This document shows, in pieces, positions 17,401-35,490 of a DNA stretch of 64,000 nt (its first letter is position 1; each line of letters starts with the position of its first letter). Position numbers and translations under genes: made by a program. The stretch is from Eledone cirrhosa. Lineage: Eukaryota. Under the pieces are notes generated by a model. It had not been told where the DNA came from. It did no database searches and worked only from the letters and a program-made list of their open reading frames with translations. The stretch spans positions 366,854,001 through 366,918,000 of the forward strand of contig OZ024743.1 in assembly GCA_964016885.1 (NCBI GenBank). The letters are read 5' to 3'.

Positions 17401-20400
17401 CACAACCATGCCTACCACCACCATCATAGCATACTCAACCATACACAACAACACTATCACAACCATGTCTACCACAACCATCATAGCATACTCAACCATA
17501 CACAACAACCATTATCACAACCATGTCTGCCACCACCATCATAGCATACTCAGCCATACACAACAACCACTATCACAACCATGCCTACCACCACCATCAT
17601 AGCATACTCAACCATACACAACAACACTATCACAACCATGTCTACCACCACCATCATAGCATACTCAACCATACACAACAACATTATCACAACCATGTCT
17701 ACCACCACCATCATAGCATACTCAACCGTACACAACCATGTCTGCCAACACCATCATAGCATACTCAACCATACACAACAACACTATCACAACCATGTCT
17801 ACAACCACCATCATGGCATACTCAACCATACACAACCACTATCACAACCATGTCTGCCACCACCATCATAGCATACTCAACCATACACAACAACACTATC
17901 ACAACCATGTCTACCACCACCATCATAGCATACTCAACCATACACAACAACACTATCACAACCATGTCTACCACCACCATCATAGCATACTCAACCATAC
18001 ACAACAACATTATCACAACCATGTCTACCACCACCATCATAGCATACTCAACCATGTCTGCCAACACCATCATAGCATACTCAACCATACACAACAACAC
18101 TATCACAACCATGTCTACAACCACCATCATGGCATACTCAACCATACACAACCACTATCACAACCATGTCTGCCACCACCATCATAGCATACTCAACCAT
18201 ACACAACAACACTATCACAACCATGTCTACCACCACCATCATAGCATACTCAACCATACACAACAACACTATCACAACCATGTCTGCCACCACCATCATA
18301 GCATACTCAACCATACACAACACTATCACAACCATCATAGCATACTCAACCATACACAACAACCACTATCACAACCATGTCTACCACAACCATCATAGCA
18401 TACTCAACCATACACAACAACCACTATCACAACCATGTCTACCACAACCATCATAGCATACTCAACCATACACAACAACCATTATCACAACCATGTCTGC
18501 CACCACCATCATAGCATACTCAGCCATACACAACAACCACTATCACAACCATGCCTACCACCACCATCATAGCATACTCAACCATACACAACAACACTAT
18601 CACAACCATGTCTACCACAACCATCATAGCATACTCAACCATACACAACAACCATTATCACAACCATGTCTGCCACCACCATCACAACCATGTCTACCAC
18701 CACCATCATAGCATACTCAACCATACACAACAACATTATCACAACCATGTCTACCACCACCATCATAGCATACTCAACCGTACACAACCATGTCTGCCAA
18801 CACCATCATAGCATACTCAACCATACACAACAACACTATCACAACCATGTCTACAACCACCATCATGGCATACTCAACCATACACAACCACTATCACAAC
18901 CATGTCTGCCACCACCATCATAGCATACTCAACCATACACAACAACACTATCACAACCATGTCTACCACCACCATCATAGCATACTCAACCATACACAAC
19001 AACACTATCACAACCATGTCTACCACCACCATCATAGCATACTCAACCATACACAACAACATTATCACAACCATGTCTACCACCACCATCATAGCATACT
19101 CAACCGTACACAACCATGTCTGCCAACACCATCATAGCATACTCAACCATACACAACAACACTATCACAACCATGTCTACAACCACCATCATGGCATACT
19201 CAACCATACACAACCACTATCACAACCATGTCTGCCACCACCATCATAGCATACTCAACCATACACAACAACACTATCACAACCATGTCTACCACCACCA
19301 TCATAGCATACTCAACCATACACAACAACACTATCACAACCATGTCTGCCACCACCATCATAGCATACTCAACCATACACAACAACACTACAACAACCAT
19401 GTCTACCACCACCATCATAGCATACTCAACCATACACAACACTATCACAACCATCATAGCATACTCAACCATACACAACAACCACTATCACAACCATGTC
19501 TACCACAACCATCATAGCATACTCAACCATACACAACAACCATTATCACAACCATGTCTGCCACCACCATCATAGCATACTCAGCCATACACAACAACCA
19601 CTATCACAACCATGCCTACCACCACCATCATAGCATACTCAACCATACACAACAACACTATCACAACCATGTCTACCACCACCATCATAGCATACTCAAC
19701 CATACACAATAACATTATCACAACCATGTCTACCACCATCATAGCATACTCAACCGTACACAACCATGTCTGCCACCACCATCATAGCATACTCAACCAT
19801 ACACAACAACACTATCACAACCATGTCTACAACCACCATCATGGCATACTCAACCATACACAACCACTATCACAACCATGTCTGCCACCACCATCATAGC
19901 ATACTCAACCATACACAACAACACTATCACAACCATGTCTACCACCACCATCATAGCATACTCAACCATACACAACAACACTATCAGAACTATGTCTACC
20001 ACCACCATCATGGCATACTCAACCATACACAACCATGTCTACCACCACCATCATGGCATACTCAACCATACACAACAACCACTATCACAACCATGTCTAC
20101 CACCACCATCATGGCATACTCAACCATACACAACAACCACTATCACAACCATGTCTGCCACCACCATCATAGCATACTCAACCATACACAACAATCACTA
20201 TCACAACCATGTCTGAAACCACCATCATGGCATACTCAACCATACACAACAACACTATCACAAACATGTCTACCACCACCATCATAGCATACTCGACCAT
20301 ACACAACAACACTATCACAACCATGTCTACCACCACCATCATAGCATACTCAACCATACACAACAACACTATCACAACCATGTCTGCCACCACCATCATA

Positions 20401-23400
20401 GCATACTCAACCATACACAACAACACTATCACAACCATGTCTGCCACCACCATCATAGCATACTCAACCGTACACAACAATCACTATCACAACCATGTCT
20501 ACCATCACCATCATAGCATACTCAACCATACACAACAACACTATCACAACCATGTCTACCACCACCATCATAGCATAATCAACCATACACAATAACACTA
20601 TCACAACCATGTCTACCACCACCATCATAGCATACTCAACCATACACAACAACACTATCACAACCATGTCTGCCACCACCATCATGGCATACTCAACCAT
20701 ACACAACAACCACTATCACAACCATGTCTGCCACCACCATCATGGCATACTCAACCATACACAACAACCACTATCACAACCATGTCTACCACCACCATCA
20801 TAGCATACACAACAACACTATCACAACCATTCTACCACCACCATCATAGCATACACAACCATACACAACCATGTCTAGCACCACCATCATAGCATACTCA
20901 ACCATACACAACAACACTATCACAACCATGTCTACCACCACCATCATAGCATACTCAACCATACACAACAACACTATCACAACCATGTCTACCACCACCA
21001 TCATGGCATACTCAACCATACACAACAACCACTATCACAACCATGTCTACCACCACCATCATGGCATACTCAACCATACACAACAACCACTATCACAACC
21101 ATGTCTGCCACCACCATCATAGCATACTCAACCATACACAACAATCACTATCACAACCATGTCTGCCACCACCATCATAGCATACTCAACCATACACAAC
21201 AACACTACAACAACCATGTCTACCACCACCATCATAGCATACTCAACCATACACAACAACACTATCACAACCATCATAGCATACTCAACCATACACAACA
21301 ACCACTATCACAACCATGTCTGCAACCACCATCATAGCATACTCAACCATACACAACAACACTATCACAACCATGTCTACAACCACCATCATAGCATACT
21401 CAACCATACACAACAACCACTATTACAACCAAGTCTGCCACCACCATCATAGCATACTCAACCATATACAACAACCACTATCACAACCATGTCTGCCACC
21501 ACCATCATGGCATACTCAACCATACACAACAACCACTATCACAACCATGTCTACCACCACCATCATAGCATACTCAACCATACACAACAACACTATCACA
21601 ACCATTCTACCACCACCATCATAGCATACTCAACCATACACAACCATGTCTAGCACCACCATCAGAGCATACTCAACCATACACAACAACAATATCACAA
21701 CCATGTCTGCCACCACCATCATAGCATACTCAACCATACACAACAACACTACAACAACCATGTCTACCACCACAATCATAGCATACTCAACCATACACAA
21801 CAACACTATCACAACCATCATAGCATACTCAACCATACACAACAACCACTATCACAACCATGTCTACCACAACCATCATAGCATACTCAACCATACACAA
21901 CAACCATTATCACAACCATGTCTGCCACCACCATCATAGCATACTCAGCCATACACAACAACCACTATCACAACCATGCCTACCACCACCATCATAGCAT
22001 ACTCAACCATACACAACAACACTATCACAACCATGTCTACCACAACCATCATAGCATACTCAACCATACACAACAACCATTATCACAACCATGTCTGCCA
22101 CCACCATCACAACCATGTCTACCACCACCATCATAGCATACTCAACCATACACAACAACATTATCACAACCATGTCTACCACCACCATCATAGCATACTC
22201 AACCGTACACAACCATGTCTGCCAACACCATCATAGCATACTCAACCATACACAACAACACTATCACAACCATGTCTACAACCACCATCATGGCATACTC
22301 AACCATACACAACCACTATCACAACCATGTCTGCCACCACCATCATAGCATACTCAACCATACACAACAACACTATCACAACCATGTCTACCACCACCAT
22401 CATAGCATACTCAACCATACACAACAACACTATCACAACCATGTCTACCACCACCATCATAGCATACTCAACCATACACAACAACATTATCACAACCATG
22501 TCTACCACCACCATCATAGCATACTCAACCGTACACAACCATGTCTGCCAACACCATCATAGCATACTCAACCATACACAACAACACTATCACAACCATG
22601 TCTACAACCACCATCATGGCATACTCAACCATACACAACCACTATCACAACCATGTCTGCCACCACCATCATAGCATACTCAACCATACACAACAACACT
22701 ATCACAACCATGTCTACCACCACCATCATAGCATACTCAACCATACACAACAACACTATCACAACCATGTCTGCCACCACCATCATAGCATACTCAACCA
22801 TACACAACAACACTACAACAACCATGTCTACCACCACCATCATAGCATACTCAACCATACACAACACTATCACAACCATCATAGCATACTCAACCATACA
22901 CAACAACCACTATCACAACCATGTCTACCACAACCATCATAGCATACTCAACCATACACAACAACCATTATCACAACCATGTCTGCCACCACCATCATAG
23001 CATACTCAGCCATACACAACAACCACTATCACAACCATGCCTACCACCACCATCATAGCATACTCAACCATACACAACAACACTATCACAACCATGTCTA
23101 CCACCACCATCATAGCATACTCAACCATACACAATAACATTATCACAACCATGTCTACCACCATCATAGCATACTCAACCGTACACAACCATGTCTGCCA
23201 ACACCATCATAGCATACTCAACCATACACAACAACACTATCACAACCATGTCTACAACCACCATCATGGCATACTCAACCATACACAACCACTATCACAA
23301 CCATGTCTGCCACCACCATCATAGCATACTCAACCATACACAACAACACTATCACAACCATGTCTACCACCACCATCATAGCATACTCAACCATACACAA

Positions 23401-26400
23401 CAACACTATCACAACCATGTCTACCACCACCATCATAGCATACTCAACCATACACAACAACACTATCACAACCATGTCTACCGCCACCATCATAGCATAC
23501 TCAACCATACACAACAACACTATCACAACCATGTCTGCCACCACCATCATAGCATACTCAACCATACACAACAACACTATCACAACCATGTCAGCCACCA
23601 CCATCATGACATACTCAACCATACACAACAACCACTATCACAACCATGTCTACCACCACCATCATAGCATACTCAACCATACACAACAATCACTATCACA
23701 ACCATGTCTGCCACCACCTTCATAGCATACTCAACCATACACAACAATCACTATCACAACCATGTCTGCCACCACCATCATAGCATACTCAACCATACAC
23801 AACAACACTATCACAACCATGTCTACCACCACCATCATAGCATAATCAACCATACACAATAACACTATCACAACCATGTCTACCACCACCATCATAGCAT
23901 ACTCAACCATACACAACAACACTATCACAACCATGTCTGCCACCACCATCATGGCATACTCAACCATACACAACAACCACTATCACAACCATGTCTGCCA
24001 CCACCATCATGGCATACTCAACCATACACAACAACCACTATCACAACCATGTCTACCACCACCATCATAGCATACACAACAACACTATCACAACCATTCT
24101 ACCACCACCATCATAGCATACACAACCATACACAACCATGTCTAGCACCACCATCATAGCATACTCAACCATACACAACAACACTATCACAACCATGTCT
24201 ACCACCACCATCATAGCATACTCAACCATACACAACAACACTATCACAACCATGTCTACCACCACCATCATGGCATACTCAACCATACACAACAACCACT
24301 ATCACAACCATGTCTACCACCACCATCATGGCATACTCAACCATACACAACAACCACTATCACAACCATGTCTGCCACCACCATCATAGCATACTCAACC
24401 ATACACAACAATCACTATCACAACCATGTCTGCCACCACCATCATAGCATACTCAACCATACACAACAACACTACAACAACCATGTCTACCACCACCATC
24501 ATAGCATACTCAACCATACACAACAACACTATCACAACCATCATAGCATACTCAACCATACACAACAACCACTATCACAACCATGTCTGCAACCACCATC
24601 ATAGCATACTCAACCATACACAACAACACTATCACAACCATGTCTACAACCACCATCATAGCATACTCAACCATACACAACAACCACTATTACAACCAAG
24701 TCTGCCACCACCATCATAGCATACTCAACCATATACAACAACCACTATCACAACCATGTCTGCCACCACCATCATGGCATACTCAACCATACACAACAAC
24801 CACTATCACAACCATGTCTACCACCACCATCATAGCATACTCAACCATACACAACAACACTATCACAACCATTCTACCACCACCATCATAGCATACTCAA
24901 CCATACACAACCATGTCTAGCACCACCATCAGAGCATACTCAACCATACACAACAACAATATCACAACCATGTCTGCCACCACCATCATAGCATACTCAA
25001 CCATACACAACAACACTACAACAACCATGTCTACCACCACAATCATAGCATACTCAACCATACACAACAACCACTATCACAACCATGTCTACCACAACCA
25101 TCATAGCATACTCAACCATACACAACAACCATTATCACAACCATGTCTGCCACCACCATCATAGCATACTCAGCCATACACAACAACCACTATCACAACC
25201 ATGCCTACCACCACCATCATAGCATACTCAACCATACACAACAACACTATCACAACCATGTCTACCACCACCATCATAGCATACTCAACCATACACAATA
25301 ACATTATCACAACCATGTCTACCACCATCATAGCATACTCAACCGTACACAACCATGTCTGCCAACACCATCATAGCATACTCAACCATACACAACAACA
25401 CTATCACAACCATGTCTACAACCACCATCATGGCATACTCAACCATACACAACCACTATCACAACCATGTCTGCCACCACCATCATAGCATACTCAACCA
25501 TACACAACAACACTATCACAACCATGTCTACCACCACCATCATAGCATACTCAACCATACACAACAACACTATCACAACCATGTCTACCACCACCATCAT
25601 AGCATACTCAACCATACACAACAACACTATCACAACCATGTCTACCGCCACCATCATAGCATACTCAACCATACACAACAACACTATCACAACCATGTCT
25701 GCCACCACCATCATAGCATACTCAACCATACACAACAACACTATCACAACCATGTCAGCCACCACCATCATGACATACTCAACCATACACAACAACCACT
25801 ATCACAACCATGTCTACCACCACCATCATAGCATACTCAACCATACACAACAATCACTATCACAACCATGTCTGCCACCACCTTCATAGCATACTCAACC
25901 ATACACAACAATCACTATCACAACCATGTCTGCCACCACCATCATAGCATACTCAACCATACACAACAACCACTATCACAACCATGTCTGCCACCACCAT
26001 CATAGCATACTCAACCATACACAAAAACCACTATCACAACCATGTCTGCCACCACTATCATAGCATACTCAACCATACACAACAACACTATCACAACCAT
26101 GTCTACCACCACCATTATAGCATACTCAACTATCACAACCATGTCTACCACCACCATCATAGCATACTCAACCGTACACAACCATGTCTGCCACCACCAT
26201 CATAGCATACTCAACCATACACAACAACACTATCACAACCATGTCTACAACCACCATCATGGCATACTCAACCATACACAACCACTATCACAACCATGTC
26301 TGCCACCACCATCATAGCATACTCAACCATACACAACAACACTATCACAACCATGTCTACCACCACCATCATAGCATACTCAACCATACACAACAACACT

Positions 26401-29400
26401 ATCAGAACTATGTCTACCACCACCATCATGGCATACTCAACCATACACAACCATGTCTACCACCACCATCATGGCATACTCAACCATACACAACAACCAC
26501 TATCACAACCATGTCTACCACCACCATCATGGCATACTCAACCATACACAACAACCACTATCACAACCATGTCTGCCACCACCATCATAGCATACTCAAC
26601 CATACACAACAATCACTATCACAACCATGTCTGAAACCACCATCATGGCATACTCAACCATACACAACAACACTATCACAAACATGTCTACCACCACCAT
26701 CATAGCATACTCGACCATACACAACAACACTATCACAACCAAGTCTGCCACCACCATCATAGCATACTCAACCATATACAACAACCACTATCACAACCAT
26801 GTCTGCCACCACCATCATGGCATACTCAACCATACACAACAACCACTATCACAACCATGTCTACCACCACCATCATAGCATACTCAACCATACACAACAA
26901 CACTATCACAACCATTCTACCACCACCATCATAGCATACTCAACCATACACAACCATGTCTAGCACCACCATCAGAGCATACTCAACCATACACAACAAC
27001 AATATCACAACCATGTCTGCCACCACCATCATAGCATACTCAACCATACACAACAACACTACAACAACCATGTCTACCACCACAATCATAGCATACTCAA
27101 CCATACACAACAACACTATCACAACCATCATAGCATACTCAACCATACACAACAACCACTATCACAACCATGTCTACCACAACCATCATAGCATACTCAA
27201 CCATACACAACAACCATGTCTGCCACCACCATCATAGCATACTCAGCCATACACAACAACCACTATCACAACCATGCCTACCACCACCATCATAGCATAC
27301 TCAACCATACACAACAACACTATCACAACCATGTCTACCACAACCATCATAGCATACTCAACCATACACAACAACCATTATCACAACCATGTCTGCCACC
27401 ACCATCATAGCATACTCAGCCATACACAACAACCACTATCACAACCATGCCTACCACCACCATCATAGCATACTCAACCATACACAACAACACTATCACA
27501 ACCATGTCTACCACCACCATCATAGCATACTCAACCATACACAACAACATTATCACAACCATGTCTACCACCACCATCATAGCATACTCAACCGTACACA
27601 ACCATGTCTGCCAACACCATCATAGCATACTCAACCATACACAACAACACTATCACAACCATGTCTACAACCACCATCATGGCATACTCAACCATACACA
27701 ACCACTATCACAACCATGTCTGCCACCACCATCATAGCATACTCAACCATACACAACAACACTATCACAACCATGTCTACCACCACCATCATAGCATACT
27801 CAACCATACACAACAACACTATCACAACCATGTCTACCACCACCATCATAGCATACTCAACCATACACAACAACATTATCACAACCATGTCTACCACCAC
27901 CATCATAGCATACTCAACCATGTCTGCCAACACCATCATAGCATACTCAACCATACACAACAACACTATCACAACCATGTCTACAACCACCATCATGGCA
28001 TACTCAACCATACACAACCACTATCACAACCATGTCTGCCACCACCATCATAGCATACTCAACCATACACAACAACACTATCACAACCATGTCTACCACC
28101 ACCATCATAGCATACTCAACCATACACAACAACACTATCACAACCATGTCTGCCACCACCATCATAGCATACTCAACCATACACAACACTATCACAACCA
28201 TCATAGCATACTCAACCATACACAACAACCACTATCACAACCATGTCTACCACAACCATCATAGCATACTCAACCATACACAACAACCACTATCACAACC
28301 ATGTCTACCACAACCATCATAGCATACTCAACCATACACAACAACCATTATCACAACCATGTCTGCCACCACCATCATAGCATACTCAGCCATACACAAC
28401 AACCACTATCACAACCATGCCTACCACCACCATCATAGCATACTCAACCATACACAACAACACTATCACAACCATGTCTACCACAACCATCATAGCATAC
28501 TCAACCATACACAACAACCATTATCACAACCATGTCTGCCACCACCATCACAACCATGTCTACCACCACCATCATAGCATACTCAACCATACACAACAAC
28601 ATTATCACAACCATGTCTACCACCACCATCATAGCATACTCAACCGTACACAACCATGTCTGCCAACACCATCATAGCATACTCAACCATACACAACAAC
28701 ACTATCACAACCATGTCTACAACCACCATCATGGCATACTCAACCATACACAACCACTATCACAACCATGTCTGCCACCACCATCATAGCATACTCAACC
28801 ATACACAACAACACTATCACAACCATGTCTACCACCACCATCATAGCATACTCAACCATACACAACAACACTATCACAACCATGTCTACCACCACCATCA
28901 TAGCATACTCAACCATACACAACAACATTATCACAACCATGTCTACCACCACCATCATAGCATACTCAACCGTACACAACCATGTCTGCCAACACCATCA
29001 TAGCATACTCAACCATACACAACAACACTATCACAACCATGTCTACAACCACCATCATGGCATACTCAACCATACACAACCACTATCACAACCATGTCTG
29101 CCACCACCATCATAGCATACTCAACCATACACAACAACACTATCACAACCATGTCTACCACCACCATCATAGCATACTCAACCATACACAACAACACTAT
29201 CACAACCATGTCTGCCACCACCATCATAGCATACTCAACCATACACAACAACACTACAACAACCATGTCTACCACCACCATCATAGCATACTCAACCATA
29301 CACAACACTATCACAACCATCATAGCATACTCAACCATACACAACAACCACTATCACAACCATGTCTACCACAACCATCATAGCATACTCAACCATACAC

Positions 29401-29640
29401 AACAACCATTATCACAACCATGTCTGCCACCACCATCATAGCATACTCAGCCATACACAACAACCACTATCACAACCATGCCTACCACCACCATCATAGC
29501 ATACTCAACCATACACAACAACACTATCACAACCATGTCTACCACCACCATCATAGCATACTCAACCATACACAATAACATTATCACAACCATGTCTACC
29601 ACCATCATAGCATACTCAACCGTACACAACCATGTCTGCC
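9870..29640. repeat. Apparently perfect 9,866-bp tandem duplication within the array (about 9870-19740 and 19740-29640)
   Basis: ORFs starting from 9900 to 19581 have identical partners exactly 9866 bp downstream (9900/19766, 12052/21918, 15047/24913, 17850/27716, 19228/29094). The junction is visible at ~19740-19775 in the shared ACCGTACACAACCATGTCTGCCA unit. Confidence 0.93.
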
Positions 29641-32600
29641 AACACCATCATAGCATACTCAACCATACACAACAACACTATCACAACCATGTCTACAACC
29701 ACCATCATGGCATACTCAACCATACACAACCACTATCACAACCATGTCTGCCACCACCATCATAGCATACTCAACCATACACAACAACACTATCACAACC
29801 ATGTCTACCACCACCATCATAGCATACTCAACCATACACAACAACACTATCACAACCATGTCTACCACCACCATCATAGCATACTCAACCATACACAACA
29901 ACACTATCACAACCATGTCTACCGCCACCATCATAGCATACTCAACCATACACAACAACACTATCACAACCATGTCTGCCACCACCATCATAGCATACTC
30001 AACCATACACAACAACACTATCACAACCATGTCAGCCACCACCATCATGACATACTCAACCATACACAACAACCACTATCACAACCATGTCTACCACCAC
30101 CATCATAGCATACTCAACCATACACAACAATCACTATCACAACCATGTCTGCCACCACCTTCATAGCATACTCAACCATACACAACAATCACTATCACAA
30201 CCATGTCTGCCACCACCATCATAGCATACTCAACCATACACAACAACCACTATCACAACCATGTCTGCCACCACCATCATAGCATACTCAACCATACACA
30301 AAAACCACTATCACAACCATGTCTGCCACCACTATCATAGCATACTCAACCATACACAACAACACTATCACAACCATGTCTACCACCACCATTATAGCAT
30401 ACTCAACTATCACAACCATGTCTACCACCACCATCATAGCATACTCAACCGTACACAACCATGTCTGCCACCACCATCATAGCATACTCAACCATACACA
30501 ACAACACTATCACAACCATGTCTACAACCACCATCATGGCATACTCAACCATACACAACCACTATCACAACCATGTCTGCCACCACCATCATAGCATACT
30601 CAACCATACACAACAACACTATCACAACCATGTCTACCACCACCATCATAGCATACTCAACCATACACAACAACACTATCAGAACTATGTCTACCACCAC
30701 CATCATGGCATACTCAACCATACACAACCATGTCTACCACCACCATCATGGCATACTCAACCATACACAACAACCACTATCACAACCATGTCTACCACCA
30801 CCATCATGGCATACTCAACCATACACAACAACCACTATCACAACCATGTCTGCCACCACCATCATAGCATACTCAACCATACACAACAATCACTATCACA
30901 ACCATGTCTGAAACCACCATCATGGCATACTCAACCATACACAACAACACTATCACAAACATGTCTACCACCACCATCATAGCATACTCGACCATACACA
31001 ACAACACTATCACAACCAAGTCTGCCACCACCATCATAGCATACTCAACCATATACAACAACCACTATCACAACCATGTCTGCCACCACCATCATGGCAT
31101 ACTCAACCATACACAACAACCACTATCACAACCATGTCTACCACCACCATCATAGCATACTCAACCATACACAACAACACTATCACAACCATTCTACCAC
31201 CACCATCATAGCATACTCAACCATACACAACCATGTCTAGCACCACCATCAGAGCATACTCAACCATACACAACAACAATATCACAACCATGTCTGCCAC
31301 CACCATCATAGCATACTCAACCATACACAACAACACTACAACAACCATGTCTACCACCACAATCATAGCATACTCAACCATACACAACAACACTATCACA
31401 ACCATGTCTACCGCCACCATCATAGCATACTCAACCATACACAACAACACTATCACAACCATGTCTGCCACCACCATCATAGCATACTCAACCATACACA
31501 ACAACACTATCACAACCATGTCAGCCACCACCATCATGACATACTCAACCATACACAACAACCACTATCACAACCATGTCTACCACCACCATCATAGCAT
31601 ACTCAACCATACACAACAATCACTATCACAACCATGTCTGCCACCACCTTCATAGCATACTCAACCATACACAACAATCACTATCACAACCATGTCTGCC
31701 ACCACCATCATAGCATACTCAACCATACACAACAACCACTATCACAACCATGTCTGCCACCACCATCATAGCATACTCAACCATACACAAAAACCACTAT
31801 CACAACCATGTCTGCCACCACTATCATAGCATACTCAACCATACACAACAACACTATCACAACCATGTCTACCACCACCATTATAGCATACTCAACTATC
31901 ACAACCATGTCTACCACCACCATCATAGCATACTCAACCGTACACAACCATGTCTGCCACCACCATCATAGCATACTCAACCATACACAACAACACTATC
32001 ACAACCATGTCTACAACCACCATCATGGCATACTCAACCATACACAACCACTATCACAACCATGTCTGCCACCACCATCATAGCATACTCAACCATACAC
32101 AACAACACTATCACAACCATGTCTACCACCACCATCATAGCATACTCAACCATACACAACAACACTATCAGAACTATGTCTACCACCACCATCATGGCAT
32201 ACTCAACCATACACAACCATGTCTACCACCACCATCATGGCATACTCAACCATACACAACAACCACTATCACAACCATGTCTACCACCACCATCATGGCA
32301 TACTCAACCATACACAACAACCACTATCACAACCATGTCTGCCACCACCATCATAGCATACTCAACCATACACAACAACCACTATCACAACCATGTCTAC
32401 CACAACCATCATAGCATACTCAACCATACACAACAACCATTATCACAACCATGTCTGCCACCACCATCATAGCATACTCAGCCATACACAACAACCACTA
32501 TCACAACCATGCCTACCACCACCATCATAGCATACTCAACCATACACAACAACACTATCACAACCATGTCTACCACAACCATCATAGCATACTCAACCAT

Positions 32601-35490
32601 ACACAACAACCATTATCACAACCATGTCTGCCACCACCATCACAACCATGTCTACCACCACCATCATAGCATACTCAACCATACACAACAACATTATCAC
32701 AACCATGTCTACCACCACCATCATAGCATACTCAACCGTACACAACCATGTCTGCCAACACCATCATAGCATACTCAACCATACACAACAACACTATCAC
32801 AACCATGTCTACAACCACCATCATGGCATACTCAACCATACACAACCACTATCACAACCATGTCTGCCACCACCATCATAGCATACTCAACCATACACAA
32901 CAACACTATCACAACCATGTCTACCACCACCATCATAGCATACTCAACCATACACAACAACACTATCACAACCATGTCTACCACCACCATCATAGCATAC
33001 TCAACCATACACAACAACATTATCACAACCATGTCTACCACCACCATCATAGCATACTCAACCGTACACAACCATGTCTGCCAACACCATCATAGCATAC
33101 TCAACCATACACAACAACACTATCACAACCATGTCTACAACCACCATCATGGCATACTCAACCATACACAACCACTATCACAACCATGTCTGCCACCACC
33201 ATCATAGCATACTCAACCATACACAACAACACTATCACAACCATGTCTACCACCACCATCATAGCATACTCAACCATACACAACAACACTATCACAACCA
33301 TGTCTGCCACCACCATCATAGCATACTCAACCATACACAACAACACTACAACAACCATGTCTACCACCACCATCATAGCATACTCAACCATACACAACAC
33401 TATCACAACCATCATAGCATACTCAACCATACACAACAACCACTATCACAACCATGTCTACCACAACCATCATAGCATACTCAACCATACACAACAACCA
33501 TTATCACAACCATGTCTGCCACCACCATCATAGCATACTCAGCCATACACAACAACCACTATCACAACCATGCCTACCACCACCATCATAGCATACTCAA
33601 CCATACACAACAACACTATCACAACCATGTCTACCACCACCATCATAGCATACTCAACCATACACAATAACATTATCACAACCATGTCTACCACCATCAT
33701 AGCATACTCAACCGTACACAACCATGTCTGCCAACACCATCATAGCATACTCAACCATACACAACAACACTATCACAACCATGTCTACAACCACCATCAT
33801 GGCATACTCAACCATACACAACCACTATCACAACCATGTCTGCCACCACCATCATAGCATACTCAACCATACACAACAACACTATCACAACCATGTCTAC
33901 CACCACCATCATAGCATACTCAACCATACACAACAACACTATCACAACCATGTCTACCACCACCATCATAGCATACTCAACCATACACAACAACACTATC
34001 ACAACCATGTCTACCGCCACCATCATAGCATACTCAACCATACACAACAACACTATCACAACCATGTCTGCCACCACCATCATAGCATACTCAACCATAC
34101 ACAACAACACTATCACAACCATGTCAGCCACCACCATCATGACATACTCAACCATACACAACAACCACTATCACAACCATGTCTACCACCACCATCATAG
34201 CATACTCAACCATACACAACAATCACTATCACAACCATGTCTGCCACCACCTTCATAGCATACTCAACCATACACAACAATCACTATCACAACCATGTCT
34301 GCCACCACCATCATAGCATACTCAACCATACACAACAACCACTATCACAACCATGTCTGCCACCACCATCATAGCATACTCAACCATACACAAAAACCAC
34401 TATCACAACCATGTCTGCCACCACTATCATAGCATACTCAACCATACACAACAACACTATCACAACCATGTCTACCACCACCATTATAGCATACTCAACT
34501 ATCACAACCATGTCTACCACCACCATCATAGCATACTCAACCGTACACAACCATGTCTGCCACCACCATCATAGCATACTCAACCATACACAACAACACT
34601 ATCACAACCATGTCTACAACCACCATCATGGCATACTCAACCATACACAACCACTATCACAACCATGTCTGCCACCACCATCATAGCATACTCAACCATA
34701 CACAACAACACTATCACAACCATGTCTACCACCACCATCATAGCATACTCAACCATACACAACAACACTATCAGAACTATGTCTACCACCACCATCATGG
34801 CATACTCAACCATACACAACCATGTCTACCACCACCATCATGGCATACTCAACCATACACAACAACCACTATCACAACCATGTCTACCACCACCATCATG
34901 GCATACTCAACCATACACAACAACCACTATCACAACCATGTCTGCCACCACCATCATAGCATACTCAACCATACACAACAATCACTATCACAACCATGTC
35001 TGAAACCACCATCATGGCATACTCAACCATACACAACAACACTATCACAAACATGTCTACCACCACCATCATAGCATACTCGACCATACACAACAACACT
35101 ATCACAACCAAGTCTGCCACCACCATCATAGCATACTCAACCATATACAACAACCACTATCACAACCATGTCTGCCACCACCATCATGGCATACTCAACC
35201 ATACACAACAACCACTATCACAACCATGTCTACCACCACCATCATAGCATACTCAACCATACACAACAACACTATCACAACCATTCTACCACCACCATCA
35301 TAGCATACTCAACCATACACAACCATGTCTAGCACCACCATCAGAGCATACTCAACCATACACAACAACAATATCACAACCATGTCTGCCACCACCATCA
35401 TAGCATACTCAACCATACACAACAACACTACAACAACCATGTCTACCACCACAATCATAGCATACTCAACCATACACAACAACACTATCA
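28270..35490. repeat. 4,092-bp-offset duplication (about 28.3-31.4 kb vs 32.35-35.5 kb) with a 1,489-bp-offset local duplication between the copies
   Basis: Identical ORFs at offset 4092 (28359/32451, 29632/33724, 30904/34996) and at offset 1489 (30261/31750, 30319/31808; ACCGCC variant at ~29921 and ~31410). Confidence 0.87.
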
